Below, piece after piece: positions 24,201 to 37,591 of a DNA stretch of 64,000 nucleotides; the stretch's first letter is position 1; every line of letters begins with the position of its first letter. The position numbers were made by a program, and so were the translations under genes. The stretch spans positions 62,001 through 126,000 of the forward strand of contig CDMY01000130.1 of NCBI GenBank assembly GCA_001179505.1, read 5' to 3'. The notes under the pieces were generated by a model, which was given only the letters and a program-made list of their open reading frames with translations, made no database searches and was not told the origin of the DNA. Source of the DNA: Vitrella brassicaformis CCMP3155. Taxonomy: Eukaryota > Protista > Chromerida.

Positions 24201-27107
24201 CATGCACACGCAGAGAATGACCTCGTTTGTCCCTGCACCCATGTGTTGCTGTTGCATTCGTGCATCAGGACCGTGTTGTGTCGCGAGAGGGAGAGGTGGT
24301 CGACCCCGTGCTGCAGCAGATGCAGCAGAAGAACGACCTCACCTTCGACATATTCAACAACGCCATCTACCTCAAGAAGAAACCTCCCTCAAACGCCCCA
24401 GACCCCTTCACGTCAGCCACAGCCAGGAAAGGCGCCAAGCTCGACGCTAAGCAGCAGCAGGAGCCGCCAGTGGAGTTCGTCCACCCCATCGACCGCAACA
24501 ATCGCATCCTGAGCAACAGGTGGACCACTGAGCGGGTGTCACTGGCGGTGTCGCGGTATGTGGAGGCAGCTGAGGACGCCGCGGCTGCCGTGAGGGAGGC
24601 ACTGCGGACCCTCAGTGGCGAGCTGCTCATGCACCTCCCCACCCTCACGCAATCGACGCACTTTCTCGTCATTCTACAGGTACGTAACAAGAAACAGGGA
24701 GGGAGGGATTGACGCACCACGCATCCATCCTCTGTCTACATGTGTGTCTGCAGGCGGCAGCGTCTCACGTGAGCGCCTCCCTGTGCAAGGGTTGGTGTCT
24801 GCCGACGCTCAAGCCAGTGGGTGGGCAGGACATGTCGATGCAGCTCAACGGCCTGGTGCCCTACTGGATGGACGGCAGGGACGGCATCCTCCCCGTCGCC
24901 AACTCATTCGACATGGACGGCCTCTTGCTCCTCACCGCACCCAACATGAGCGGCAAGTCAACGCTCATGCGCGCCACGACGGTCGCTGCCCTCCTGGCCA
25001 ACTGCGGGCTCATGGTGCCCTGCAAAAGCGCAAATGTGCCCAGGTAGGTACGCAGGATGGGGAACGATTCCCTCAGGCGCGTTTCTGCCCGTGTGAGTCG
25101 ACGCATCTGTGCATTTTGTCTGTGTCGTGTGGTGAAGGTATGACGCGTTCTTTGTGCGGACAGCGGCGTTCGACGTGCCGGCGGAGGGCAAGAGCGCCTT
25201 TGCGCTGGAGATGGACGACATCAGGTGGGACGACGAGAAGCCTACATACATATCAGACAGACCGTTTCTTGCCGCTTTTTGTGTGTGGGATGCGTTCGTG
25301 CAGGGTGATGCTTCGCGACTGTTCGCCTCGTTCGCTGGTGATGGTCGACGAGCTCGGCAAGGGCACGTCAGCCAGAGATGGAGCAGCACTAGGTCGGTGG
25401 GTAGGGCTTACAGAACAGACACCGAATGATGTGTCCTTTGCCTTTTCCAGCTGGAGCTTTGCTGGAGGCGCTTGACAGCGTGCCTGTCAGGGGAATCTTC
25501 GCGACGCATCTGCACGAGCTGCTGCACCTGCCACTCGAGTGAGTCAGAAGGCTGAATGCATTCGGCCAAGTGAGACTGACAATGTGTGTCTTTCTCTTTC
25601 TTGGCAGAACGCAGACACTGTCGTACCACAAGATGGGCGTGGAGGTCAACGATGCCACGGGGGACGTCAGGTGGACCTACAGGCTAGAGGACGGGTACAC
25701 TCGACACAGTACACACATGCAGACAGCCGTTCCTNNNNNNNNNNNNNNNNNNNNNNNNNNNNNNNNNNNNNNNNNNNNNNNNNNNNNNNNNNNNNNNNNN
25801 NNNNNNNNNNNNNNNNNNNNNNNNNNNNNNNNNNNNNNNNNNNNNNNNNNNNNNNNNNNNNNNNNNNNNNNNNNNNNNNNNNNNNNNNNNNNNNNNNNNN
25901 NNNNNNNNNNNNNNNNNNNNNNNNNNNNNNNNNNNNNNNNNNNNNNNNNNNNNNNNNNNNNNNNNNNNNNNNNNNNNNNNNNNNNNNNNNNNNNNNNNNN
26001 NNNNNNNNNNNNNNNNNNNNNNNNNNNNNNNNNNCCCCCCCCCCCCCCCCCCCCTTTTCTGAGTCATCTTTCTTGGTCGGTGTATGGATATCGATCAGCA
26101 TCTGTGTCGATTCGCTGGCCCTGGCGACGGCCAAGAAGTTCGGCCTCCCGAAGACCGTCCTGGACAGGGCCGAAACGCTGTTGAACCAGTTTGACGAGGT
26201 CAGTCAGCAAAACGCACACACGTGTCCTTCATTGTCTGCTCATCTGGTCAGACTGTCCGCATGCCGCCTGTGGACTTCACTCCGCCCCCACCCTTTCAGC
26301 ACCCACGGTCGACCAACATCAATACGCGGCGGGGCGGGGACCTCTTCACTTCTTCCCCATTAGCGGCAGCAATGGATGACGATCAAGACTTTCCCCCCTT
26401 CCCACCACCCCATGCAGACGACGGGGTCGTGGCATCACCATCATCATTCGACGCCCCACCACCACCCGCACCATCACCCCCACCGCCACCCCGCCCCACA
26501 ACCCAAGGCCAGCCTGCCGCCCTGTCAGTCTCCCCTCCCTCCGTCACGCACGTGGACGCCCAGATCGAGAACATCTTAACCGAGCTGGCCATCTCTTTGG
26601 GGGTGATGCCGTCGCCGTCTTCGCCCTTCCCGTCCCCCTTGCACTTGCAGCCGGGCTGGCAGCCGCCCCCCGTGTTGGAGGGCAGTGCGTGCGTGTACGT
26701 GCTGCAGAGGGCCGTTGGTGTGGGGGAGGGGGGGCGCGTCGAGAAGGAGGCCTATGTGGGCGAGACCGAGGCACTCGGCCAGAGGCTGCTCCAACACAGG
26801 TAGTACACACGTCCATCCATCCATCCATCCATTTTGTGCATTGCCTCCGTCCCCATTGCTTCGCTTTGTCTGCAGGATGAAGCCTCAGTGGTCTGATTCG
26901 GCAACGCTCGTGCTGCCGGTCGGCAGCCGCACACATGCCCGGCTGCTCGAGGCCCGCACCATTGCTGCCCTCCGGCGTGACGGCATCGCACTCTCATCGG
27001 ACCATGACGCGCAGCACATCAGGTTCGGCAGTGGACAGGCACAGATGGGCATTGCTACTGCTGGTGCGTCGAATGAGGCAGTGGGCGTCCATGCGGGTGC
27101 GCCTTGA
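21207..27107 (+). CDS. MSH1: Plant-type MutS homolog 1: MutS mismatch-recognition domain + ATPase + C-terminal GIY-YIG endonuclease, with an organelle-targeting-like N-terminus
   Basis: VLLVRVG|EFYETYGIDALMMVE|YAGLNPMG...GCPIRNIQSTLDSLTRAGLTVAVFEE (FxE motif) closely follows plant MSH1 domain I. Walker A LLTAPNMSGKST, Walker B VMVDELGKGTS, GIFATHLH, HTH SLALATAKKFGLP, and GIY-YIG CVYVLQ...AYVGETEALGQRLLQHR. Confidence 0.92.
25735..26034. other. Assembly gap (300 N) within an MSH1 intron region
   Basis: Run of N followed by a poly-C tract. Confidence 1.
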
Positions 27108-28374
27108 TGATGGGTTGGGGGGTTTGTTGGTGGAGGGGAAGGTTGTCGATATGGACAGGGAGAGCGAATTCCGTGCCGGTTTGTGTACTATGCTAAGTTA
27201 AGTACGGTACGTGTGTTTTCGGCTTGGATCCTTCTTGGATGGATGGATGGATGGAGGTACTTGGAACGATATGGACGCGACGTATGACGTACATTCACTT
27301 ACAGATGGATACTTGTGCCGAGTGAGTGGCCCTACCATCCACCGTTAGTACCACTACAGCCACTCACACTTACACAGATAGTGTCTCTCTCTGCTTCCTA
27401 CTGTACACGCTTCGCACACCATCAGTGCCGTGCCTTCGCGCGCCTTGGGATCGGGCCTTAAGTACTCATCTTTTTGTTTCCATCTACCTTTCCGCCTCTC
27501 TCCTCTCTCAAGGATACAGTCCGATGCTTCGCGTCGTTGGCCTGCTCGTCTTTGTACGACAGTCCACGCGAGCTCCGTCATTTCACGCGGTTTCCGACGG
27601 CTGGCCCCACGAGGCGGTGTGCGTCCGCAGACAGAACTGATTACGATGAAGTCTAACTCTGAGTACTCATTCACATGTGTCTTGTCTACACGACCCCGCC
27701 AAGTCAGTCGGCCAAAAGCCCATGGACGGACACAGAGAGAGACAGAGAGACAACCGGTGTGTTGTGTGCCTTCAGGGGGCGGACGGCCTTGCGTGTGGGG
27801 GGCTCGCATGTGATGCGATAACACACACGCAGAGAACACACACAGACACGCTCAGTCAAAGTCACTCGTCCCATCCCCCACCAACACAAAAATAAATTAC
27901 AACACTGACTGGAAAACGACCACAAATATATAAGCAGACAGAAAGGTGTTCGTTCCATAGAATAAGCTGATAGATAAGCTCTAATTGACGGAGCCAGCGA
28001 TTGATTGCAGGCCGGCAAATCGCATCTCTCTCTCACACAGCACAGCCCTACGTGCCAATCATGATGGCATGCACAGCATAGCATAGCATCGGATGTGTAG
28101 GATTGACAGACAGGAGGGCTACTCTCTTGCTTTGCGGGCAGGCAGGCAATTTGCCCGGATACGCCCTTTCCTAACGGAACAGCACAGCCGACAACCGACC
28201 GACCGACTGACAGTCAATGAGTGCAAGAATGCGCATCACCGAAAAATAACCACATGATGGACAACGGAAAAGCCTGCAGCGCGCGCACGGCACCCACCAG
28301 TAGGCCCCTCACCCACATGAATGAATCACGCCAACACACACGATGAATGCCCCCACCTTCACACGACTCTCCTG

Positions 28375-31300
28375 TCACGTGCTGTCCCCATTCAAGAAGC
28401 CGTCATCTGCCGACTGCACGCTCACGATTATCCCGCCAGAGCCAGAGCCGCCATCATCAGGGCACGTGATGGTGATGTCCGTCTCAAAGCCGATCTCACA
28501 AATGTTACTCACCAGCACGGCATAGAAGCCCGCCTCAGGGAGATAGATGGGCAGCGTGTTGATGCCTCTTGTTTGGTCGTGCCAGATCTCCCCCCGCCAG
28601 ACGGACGGCTCCCTGGCCATGCCCGTCTCACAGCCACGATACACAAACACGCCCGTGTGCTGCTTGCTCTTGCTGTTGTGGTAGGTCACATCCAAGTGGG
28701 TGGGCTGATCCAACTCCACAAGAAACAGCCGCTGCGCCAGCGACGATTTGTTTGGGGCGTCGCAAGAGAGATCGAACACCGGCAAGGGGCCGTCCAAGAG
28801 GTGAGACTGGAAGGTCACTCGCTTGCCGCAGATGGCCTGCGGTCCGTTGGGGATCATGTTGGTGACGAACCTGCTGTGCGTGGGCTCCAGAAGGCTCAAA
28901 GGGCAGCCAGCTGATCGAATGCCAGGCAAGAGACAAAGGGAAGCGCGTCTTTCGGTGGGGAGCTACAGATGGATGGCGCCGCGTCTGTGCGTCCATGTGT
29001 GCGTACGTATGGGTAGCTGGCGTGTGCCGGGCTCCAAAGCGATGAACGGCAGTTCCTCTTCGCCCACAAATCTCCACGATGGTGGCATCTCCACTGGAGG
29101 CCGGCGTTGCAATGGAGGGACTGCGAAAAACACAGAAACACCAAGGTAAACATGGGGTCGACACCCGAAAGCATGCTGACTCGAGAGGTGCCCTTCTCAC
29201 CCACCGCTCGTAGCGCAGTTCCTCTTGAAGTCGGCGCCGTCAATGATGATGGCGTTAGAAGGGAGCGGGGGATTGATCATGGCCGCGAGACTCTTCCCCG
29301 CCCTCACCTCGCCCGTGTGGTCGTCGTAGCTCAGTGTCGCAGATGCCCTGGGGCTGCTCACCGTCAGCACGTCAGCACGGCAAGACTCGTCAGTGTTGAA
29401 ACCGAAACCCAATATTATGTCGGCCAAGTCAGGGGTGCCGCTGCCGGAATCCTCGACGAACACGTGAACGCCATGCGTCTCGCTCTTTGCACTAATCGTG
29501 AGCAGGATGGTGTCTCGCTGCCGATCGTCTTCACCGGTCAGCCGGGGCGCTCCGCGGACCTCCAGAGTGACTAGGGCTGGCAGCGTGCCGTCAATGACGA
29601 TGTAGTCCCTGCCATTGCCACCGAGCACGCGGACGGTCGAGGTCGAGGAGGTGCTGTCAACGGTAACATGAAGGCAGTCGTTGCCATCCTGGCCATCGGT
29701 CACCACATTGCCGCCCTCATCCGAGACAGCGACCACCAGGGAGTCGTCATCCGCTGTGCCGACGCACGGCGACGTGTCGGTGGCCGTGCAGGCTCTCTCA
29801 TCCACAGCGGCCTTGGTCAGACACACCGGGATGTCGGCTGAATTGAAGACACGGACCAAACGGCGCAATGAGCAGATGACGGTTGGTTGACGCATCCAAT
29901 CATACGTGCACACATGACATGCCCACCGAGCGAGACGGCAGCAGCGAATGCATCTACAAGACCATAACCAGTTTGATTATCGCGGCCAACAGAGAAGTCG
30001 CCTTGGCCGAAGTGCGTGTGCTTGATGTTATCGTTCATGTCGTGAGCGGTGCTGGTCAGCACATCCCAGACCTGAGCGGGAGTCAGGTCGGGCTGCCATT
30101 CCTTCAGCAGAGCCGCAACGGCCGCCACGTGGGGCGCTGCAGCGCTCGTGCCAAAGAAGTTAGGCCACTCTGATCGGGACCAGCGCGAAAGACAACAATG
30201 CACACAGATGGCGCGAAAGGGAGTTTTCTGTTTCCCTCACGTGGATTGTCTCCAGGCAGCTTCCCGAGGAAGGTCGTGTGCGCTCCATCCTGATTCGATT
30301 CGATACACAGCCACATTGAGCAAGCCATGTCCCTCCCCCCCCGCTCTGTCGTCCTTACCGCAGCCGAAACGTCGGGCTTTTTGCGTATCTCGTGGACTGG
30401 TTCACCCTGCTTGTTGAAGAGAATGGGTGTGCCCCCATGTGATGTGAACGGCTCAGCAAGCGCAGTTGTGAACTGTCCGAACCGTGGTGTGTCGGCATAC
30501 TGAGATGACAACCGCACACAACAGACAAACACAAGATGTATGCGCCTGCCGTGATCGCTGTTTATCCGTCTGTGTCTTACGTACGTAGGCAGCTGCACAG
30601 CTTATTGCCCCGGGCGCGTTCGGATGTCCATAGATGGTGGGAGAGGAACCAGTGAAGTATGTTAGGGGGACGGCATCGTTGTCAGAGAAGAGCAAATAAC
30701 GCATAAGGGATGGGGGACGACCCTTGTGCAGACCAATGCGCAGCTTGAAGGTGATGTCAGGGCCCAGACTCTGATAAGCGAGGAACTCATGAGCATCCCT
30801 GCCGATGTTGTCGTCAATGCCAGTTCCTGTCGAATACGGCAGCAGCGAATGCGGCCACAAGGCCGGAGCCAGTCTGGTTGTTTCCTTTCACTCACCTGTC
30901 TGGCCGTTGAGCAGGTTGTCATCCATGTCGAACAGCAACAGGTCGATGTCTGAGCCCGAGCCTTTGGCACCTCCTGTGGCGGAGAACCAGGGCTCGCTCC
31001 TGTATGGCAATCAATCAGCACATGTATCATCCATCCACTCCGTCACGTTCTACGAGTCACTGACCACTGAAGAACCATTTTCAGCGCGCCCCTGACGGGT
31101 AACATGATGACCTGCATTGCATCCATGAGGACAGACAATCACGTGAAAGTGGGAGAAAAGGAGCAGAGGTACCTGGTAGTCCACAACCGCGTCAGTGGGG
31201 TCCCAATCATGCATCGTATATGAGACTCGTCCCACCCTGCGTTGCCCTCCGTCCCTGAAAGGGGCCTGATATGCATTCACACCGTCACTGCACACAAGCA

Positions 31301-32682
31301 CAAAAAATGGAGTCAACAAACGGACATTCAGTCAGTCAGCAAGCGATACATCGGCCTTTGACGCACACACATACTTGCCAGCTGCCGATACGTAAATGAC
31401 GCCCATGTCGCTGGCTTCCTGTGCTGCTTCGGCAACAATGCCGTCCTGCAGAAACCAACACATAGATAGATGGGAGGCATCGGTTTGCGGACTGCAGGGC
31501 TCCCTCATCTTCTCACCATAAAGAAGGGCTGGGCGTTGTAACCGATCTAAAAAACACGGAACGGAAACAAGAGAGTGATTCCTGCTCGCATCTCTGGCTG
31601 GTTGAGCGACGAGGGACTCGAGTACTACAGCTACGAATTGTGCCTTGCATACGTCGTCAACAACGATATCGTTGGACTGGGCCAGGCGAAGGATGTTACG
31701 TGCAAAGCCAGCTGTTCCGCCGTGCGCAGTGATGAACGAAAGCTGCGCGGCAGGTGCCAAATCATGGATCAACTGAGCCATTGCTGACAGACAAAAGCAC
31801 CACTCACTACCACCAGTCTCAGTGTGTCCAATTTTCGTTTCTGCTGACCTCTGCCTTCATCTTTATCGCCGGAATGGCCGTCTTGCAGCACCGTGACGCC
31901 TTCTTGCGGCAGATCACCCGTCGCGATGTCCCTCGCCGCCGACGTAGCAGCGGCCGTGGCAGCGTCAAACGAGTCAGATAGAATCCCTATCCTTTGCCCT
32001 CGCCCCGTCAGCCCTAGCGTCATCCGAAGGTGGTCGACATGCTGGGCTGTGTCGCTCTGGGACGTCGCCAGGCCCTTCGCTTCATCGAGGCTGTGCAGTG
32101 ATGCGAACGCCCCTCGTAAGACGACAAAGCTGCGCTGTGCGTAGTGGAGCTCAGGCAGGGAGGGCAGCTTGTCGACGGCCGAGATGGGAAGCAGGCCCGA
32201 TACCACCTGAGTACAAGCAGCAAGATGAGATCCATATGAAGCATATCTAAAGAATCCTCCTCTTATGTCGTCTCACACACATTCTTGAAGGCCGTGCCGT
32301 TCTGGAGCCCCATTTCCTCCAGGTCGGCCAGCAGCTTGGAGGCATCCGCCTCGCTCTTTGTCGTGAAGTCAGCAGTCACGAGGTCTCCAGGTCGAAACGT
32401 CGTGAAGCCGTCCGGCTGCACCTGCTCTTGGCCAGCATCATCTGCTCGCCTCTTCGGGTCAATGCCATTGCGACGTCGAGGTCGGATGACGGTCGCGGGT
32501 GCACGGACCCCACCATCTTCCTCTTTGATGCCAATCAGCGACGAGAGGGTCCAGCTGAGTTTCCCATCGATAGCAGCTTGTTCGGCAGTCACTTGGTCCC
32601 CACCGAACTTCGAGAGCGGTCTGATGCTGAGCGTGGGGTGCCACAGGGTGAACACAATCGTCACGACGACGAGAAAAGCCAT
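28375..32682 (-). CDS. Secreted bacterial-type S8 (subtilase) serine peptidase with prodomain and long C-terminal extension, about 15 exons
   Basis: Signal peptide MAFLVVVTIVFTLWHPTLS, GQRIGILSDSFD, DKDEGR|AMAQLIHDLAPAA, IVVDDV...QDGIVAEA...YVSAAG, FFGTSAAAPHVAAVAALL and TGYGLVDA. Confidence 0.9.
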
Positions 32683-32859
32683 CTCCAGTGAACATGCCCC
32701 TGGATGGAAAGTCAAAGCAGCCGTTAACGTCGCTTTGGGCAGTTAACGTGGATAATCAGGATGTGTGCGCAGCAAGGGAATGTAAGCTCCGGAGAGCCAT
32801 ATTTGTTTTTTTTGTGTGTTGATTGGCCTCTGTCAAACGCAATAGGGTTACACGCACAC

Positions 32860-33008
32860 GAAGCTGTTTTAAGCCGTTGAAAACTCCATACCCGCACCCG
32901 CAAACCGAAGCAAACCTCAGATGCTGTTGCTTCCCTCGCCAAGCTGTCGCGTCTGATCCCCTCGCCGAGCCTACGAACATGCGGACGGAGTTAAGATGAA
33001 TGAATGAA
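32860..33008 (+). mobile_element. ~149-bp dispersed repeat ending in a (TGAA)n tail (SINE or LINE 3'-end-like), copy 1
   Basis: Reverse complement of 37592-37740 with 4 mismatches. Ends ...CGGAGTTAAGATGAATGAATGAA. Confidence 0.65.
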
Positions 33009-33321
33009 TGGGAGGAAAGGAGCAAGGAAAACACTCATGCCAATCACATATCGACGAGGCTGTTGCTCGTCATCACAAAACTTCCACTTGCATCGGCGCG
33101 TCCAGCACATGACACGTGTGCATTGCGTCAAAGCTCACACCCACAAAAGAAAAAGTGAGTGACGCATGAAGACAACCATGGGTGCAGTCCTTCCCCGCCA
33201 CTCCATCCACACTCTGCTGTACATGAAAGGTACATGCATCCATACATGTAGGGATGCATGTATGGGAAGTCAGCGGCAGTCAGACTGCACATCCAGCCAA
33301 TGCTTGCTCCTCCCCCCTCTC

Positions 33322-34810
33322 TCATCCAACCCAGGCAGACTGCGCAGCGCCGCCACCTGAGTGCTGGGGCACGTTGCCATGCGCCACCTCTGCCCCAGAC
33401 AGGGGAGCACCGGACCTCTTGGCTCGTTTATGCTCTCGAAACTCCCTCCCTTCCTCGAGGCCCCTCTTCACCGCCGCANNNNNNNNNNNNNNNNNNNNNN
33501 NNNNNNNNNNNNNNNNNNNNNNNNNNNNNNNNNNNNNNNNNNNNNNNNNNNNNNNNNNNNNNNNNNNNNNNNNNNNNNNNNNNNNNNNNNNNNNNNNNNN
33601 NNNNNNNNNNNNNNNNNNNNNNNNNNNNNNNNNNNNNNNNNNNNNNNNNNNNNNNNNNNNNNNNNNNNNNNNNNNNNNNNNNNNNNNNNNNNNNNNNNNN
33701 NNNNNNNNNNNNNNNNNNNNNNNNNNNNNNNNNNNNNNNNNNNNNNNNNNNNNNNNNNNNNNNNNNNNNNNNNNNNNNCCACCCGCCCACCAGCATCCCC
33801 GCCACGGCCTCGCCGCCCTGTGCAGCAGCAGCCCCCGCGGCGGCAGCAGCAGCATAGGGGTTGTTGCCGGCCTGCTCGTATGGTTTGGGCACCACCGAAT
33901 ACTCCATAGCATGCTGTGCTGGAGGAACGGGGGGCTGGGGCGGCGGGAGGGCCATGAGCCGTTGCGCGCCGGCTTCCTGTATTCGCGGGAAGTTGAGGAC
34001 GTGGTCGGGCACCTTGCGCGTGAAGGGGTGTGGGGTGGACCTGTCTTTGCGCCTGTCGCGGAAACGCTTCTTGGGCTGGGGAGGGAGAGGGGCGCCCGGG
34101 GGAAGGGTCGCGACGGTCTCCTGATACACCTTGTGCGAGAGGGTCTCGAACCAATAACTCCTGATCTTGTTCTCCGTCCGACCTGACACCACACCCACGC
34201 AGCAATGGCACGTGCATGAGGTCCAGAGGAACACTGACTGACCGGTCCCTGTCTGCCTTTCTCGCCTACCGGGGAGCATCTTAGCGATTTTGGCCCACTG
34301 GTTGCCCAGCTTGGCGTGGGCCTCTACGATGCTGCGCTCCTCGTCGGGCGTAAAGGGGCCGCGGTTGAGGGACGGATCTAGCGTACCCAGCCAACGCTCA
34401 CGGCACTGACGGCCAGAACGAGTGACTTCCGAGTTCGGAAAGTACGTCTGAGGCGGGCAGGCAGGCACATCCACACAACCAGAATGACAGAGCAACATAA
34501 GTAAGGACGAGCCGCAATCTCCTCTGTGTCGGCTGACCTTGAGGTCCTCTGCGAGTTTCTTCCATGCGATGCTGCCGGTCCTCCGCTGTTTGTTCTGGTC
34601 GTCCTTGCTCTGCTGCACGAGTTTGAAGAGCACCTGATCCTCATCTGATCACACACAACCGCACAACGAACGATGCAGTGAAATGCAGTCAATGTTGAGC
34701 CAAATTTGCGGTACGGTACCTGGCGTCCAGTTGAGCGCACATCGATGGCCCTTGCCCTTCGCGCCTTCGGCACTGTCGTTGCTGGGAGGATTAAACACCT
34801 CTAGAGCCAT
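33322..34810 (-). CDS. R2R3-type Myb transcription factor; C-terminus crosses the gap, so the stop position is tentative
   Basis: NWTP|DEDQVL...IAWKKLA...RSGRQCRERWLGTLDPSLNRGPFTPDEERSIVEAHAKLGNQWAKIAKMLPGR|TENKIRSYW. Confidence 0.93.
33479..33778. other. Assembly gap (300 N) inside the Myb gene
   Basis: Run of N. Confidence 1.
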
Positions 34811-35065
34811 CGATGGAGTGAGGAAAAAACGAATTCGACAACTAACAAACGAGAAGCTGCACAATTGAAGCGAAAAACGACTACGTAACCCCGCCTCAGC
34901 CTGGCTTGACGCGGCACGTCGCCTACTCTTTCGGAGCTCGCAAAAGCTCGCAAAAATCCTTGCAGGAAGAGAGCCACATCGGCGTTGATTAGGCCGCCTG
35001 TGGTATCGCATTCGTCAGGCGGAATCGTACCTTGCGTCAGATCTGCTGTTTGCCGCGCGAGATGC

Positions 35066-35952
35066 ATGGCTACACCGCACACAGAAACGACCTCTCGTCA
35101 GCATCCTGCTGACGGCGACCACCATCACCCGCACCCGCACGGCGAGACCCATCCTCCTCCCACCACCACAGTGCCTAGCGAGCGCGAGGAGCACCCTTCT
35201 GTTGATCTGGCGCATCCATCGAGTCGGCTTACCTCGCGGCTGGTGAGCGTGCCGGGCAGCTCCCCGTACGCATACCCGTTTGCTTCGTCGGATAGGGAGG
35301 GTCTAGAGGAGGGACAGCTGGAGCACACCAGGAGCGAGCGCACCGAGACATTCGACGACGACACCATGTCCATCAAGTCGCAGCACAAACGCATGAGATC
35401 CGGTGGGGGGGGGACAGACGAAGAGAGGGAGATGGGAGCGGAGGGGAGGGGAGGGGAAGGGTAGACAGACCACACACGATTGACGTATGCACACATGCAT
35501 GCATGCACATGTTGTGGGTCGTTTCTGTGTCATGTGTTGTGGTCGTGCAGAGTTAGGTGATGTGCCCGAGTTGCACAACTGGGACGAGCGGCACTCGGCC
35601 CGGGAGCAGCGCCGCATCGAGAACTACATCAAGATGATCCAGGCTAGCGAGTCCAAGGCCGACCACCGGGGCGCCACGTCGCCCACCGGCCAGACGGAGA
35701 GCGGCTCGTCGGGCGCCGCCGTGGGTGGCAAGAAGGAGAGGGGGGTCAAGCGCAAGGACATGGACAAGGACAAGGACAAGGACAAGGATAGCAAGCCGGG
35801 CAAGAGGGGGGCAGGGGCGAAGGGGGAGGGCAAGGTGGCCGGTGGGGCCACCGAAGAGGGGGAGAAACATGTGCGGGTGAGAGGGGAGGGGAGGAGAGGA
35901 GAGGAGTGGAGAGGAGAGGAGGGAAAGGCGTGTATGTATGCATGTCTGCAAA

Positions 35953-35990
<38 letters not shown>

Positions 35991-36961
35991 TGCGTGCGTG
36001 CGTGTGTGTGTATGTGGTCTGGTTTGGTCAGCGCCGTGGCCGTCCCCCCAAGGAGCGTGTAGTGGATGAGACGACACCGCTCGCTGAGGCGCTCAGTAAG
36101 CCATGCACCACACAATGAACGGCAGGGCTGATGCATGCGGACATGTATGTATGCTTTTATCTGTGTGATGTTTGCTGTTTCTCCTCTTGTGTGCCAGAGA
36201 GTGGTCGTCGTTCTGCCGTCAGCCCTCAGCAGGCCCAGGCCAAAGCCAAAGCAGCGGGAAAAGCCAAGCACAGGTAACCACACAACACAACACGCCAAAG
36301 CCGCGGACGCTCATTCGTCTCTATCCCTCCCTGTTTGTTGGTCAGTGAGCCGCGTATCGCTCCCAGTGATGCGATGCCGCCCCAGCACCACCCGCCTGCC
36401 ATGGCTCCCCCGCTGCCCACCAACCCCTCAGCAGCACCAACATCTGAGGATGAGGACCGCCAGAGCTACGCCTTCTCGCCCTCCGCTGCATCGCACCATG
36501 CCCCTCTGCTGCACCCCCGCCCCATTCCCATCCCCGGCCAACACCCCGTGGTGACTCTGCCCCCCGCTGCCAATGTCGTCACCATGATTGCCGACGTGGC
36601 CCCGCCGAACACCACTGAGGACAAGGAGAAGGAGCAGGCCAAAGCCAAGGGGGAGGGCGACGTGCCGATGCAGCCGGTCGTGGTGGTGCCCTCCCAACCG
36701 TCGCCCTCCCCCCTGGCCATGCGTGTCCTCGACCCCGCCAAGGAGGTCGACCGGCGCATTCTGGCCCGGCGGGACAAGAAGGAGCGGCGCGCCAAGGAGA
36801 GGGCCGCCAAGGCGCAAGAGCTGCAACAGAAGAAACTTATGCGGGAGGCGGCCAAGGCTAAGGCGGCGGAAGAAGAGCAGAGCAAGGGACAGCAGGGGGA
36901 GGGAGAGGGAGAGGGGGAGAAGCCAGATGGGAATACGGGCAAGGAGGAGGGAGAGATATGA
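35066..36961 (+). CDS. Hypothetical low-complexity, charged and Pro-rich protein (probably disordered, possibly nuclear)
   Basis: Spliced exons with coding-like composition (REQRRIENYIKMIQ; KRKDMDKDKDKDKD; RRDKKERRAKERAAK). No recognisable domain. Confidence 0.6.
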
Positions 36962-37591
36962 TGGGATGGCTGGCTGGCTGGCTGGCTGGTACCTATCGTG
37001 ATGCATTCATTCTTTCGTTCATGTGTGCGGCACCATCCATCCATCCATCCCCCATCTGTGTGTATTGCTATTGTCACTTTGTTTGTCTATGCATACATTG
37101 CTGGCACTGGGTGGTGGCAGTGGGTTGCTGAGTTTGAATTGAATCAGATTCTGCCGATTGATGGTCGATCGATCGCTGCCCCTGATGTATCACACTGACT
37201 GCAGCGCAGTAGCGCAGATCGACGACTGTATTTATTTGTATACATCGTAGCTGGCTGACGATATGTATACATATGCATTGTATGTGTATGTGTGTGTGTG
37301 CGTATGTGTGTGTGTGTGCGGACACATGCATCACGTCCCGTCACACGATTTATATCCATCGAATCATTGAGTACACCAGGCGTCGAGCGGGTCTGAGGAA
37401 GACAAACAGACAAGCACAAAGCAGCGAACGAACCCACGAACGACACAGACAGACATTTTCGTCCAACCATTTCACCGGCGTGCGTTCCCGAGCACAGAGA
37501 GCATTGCATATCCACCTGTTTGCTGCATCTGCCCTCTGCGTGCTGCGTGTTGCGTGTCCGTGTTGCGTGTTAGGATTTTCATGTCAGGGCC

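Noticed and set aside
24925-24963. Walker A reads TAPNMSGKST rather than the usual GPN form
   Set aside because: It still fits the [AG]-x4-GK-[ST] P-loop consensus, so it is not evidence of inactivation.
27110-28370. Several 60-160 aa ORFs between MSH1 and the subtilase (similarly 7545-8370, 37000-37560 and 55100-55940)
   Set aside because: They read like intronic or intergenic microsatellite translations (Cys/Val/His-rich), with no spliceable conserved frame.
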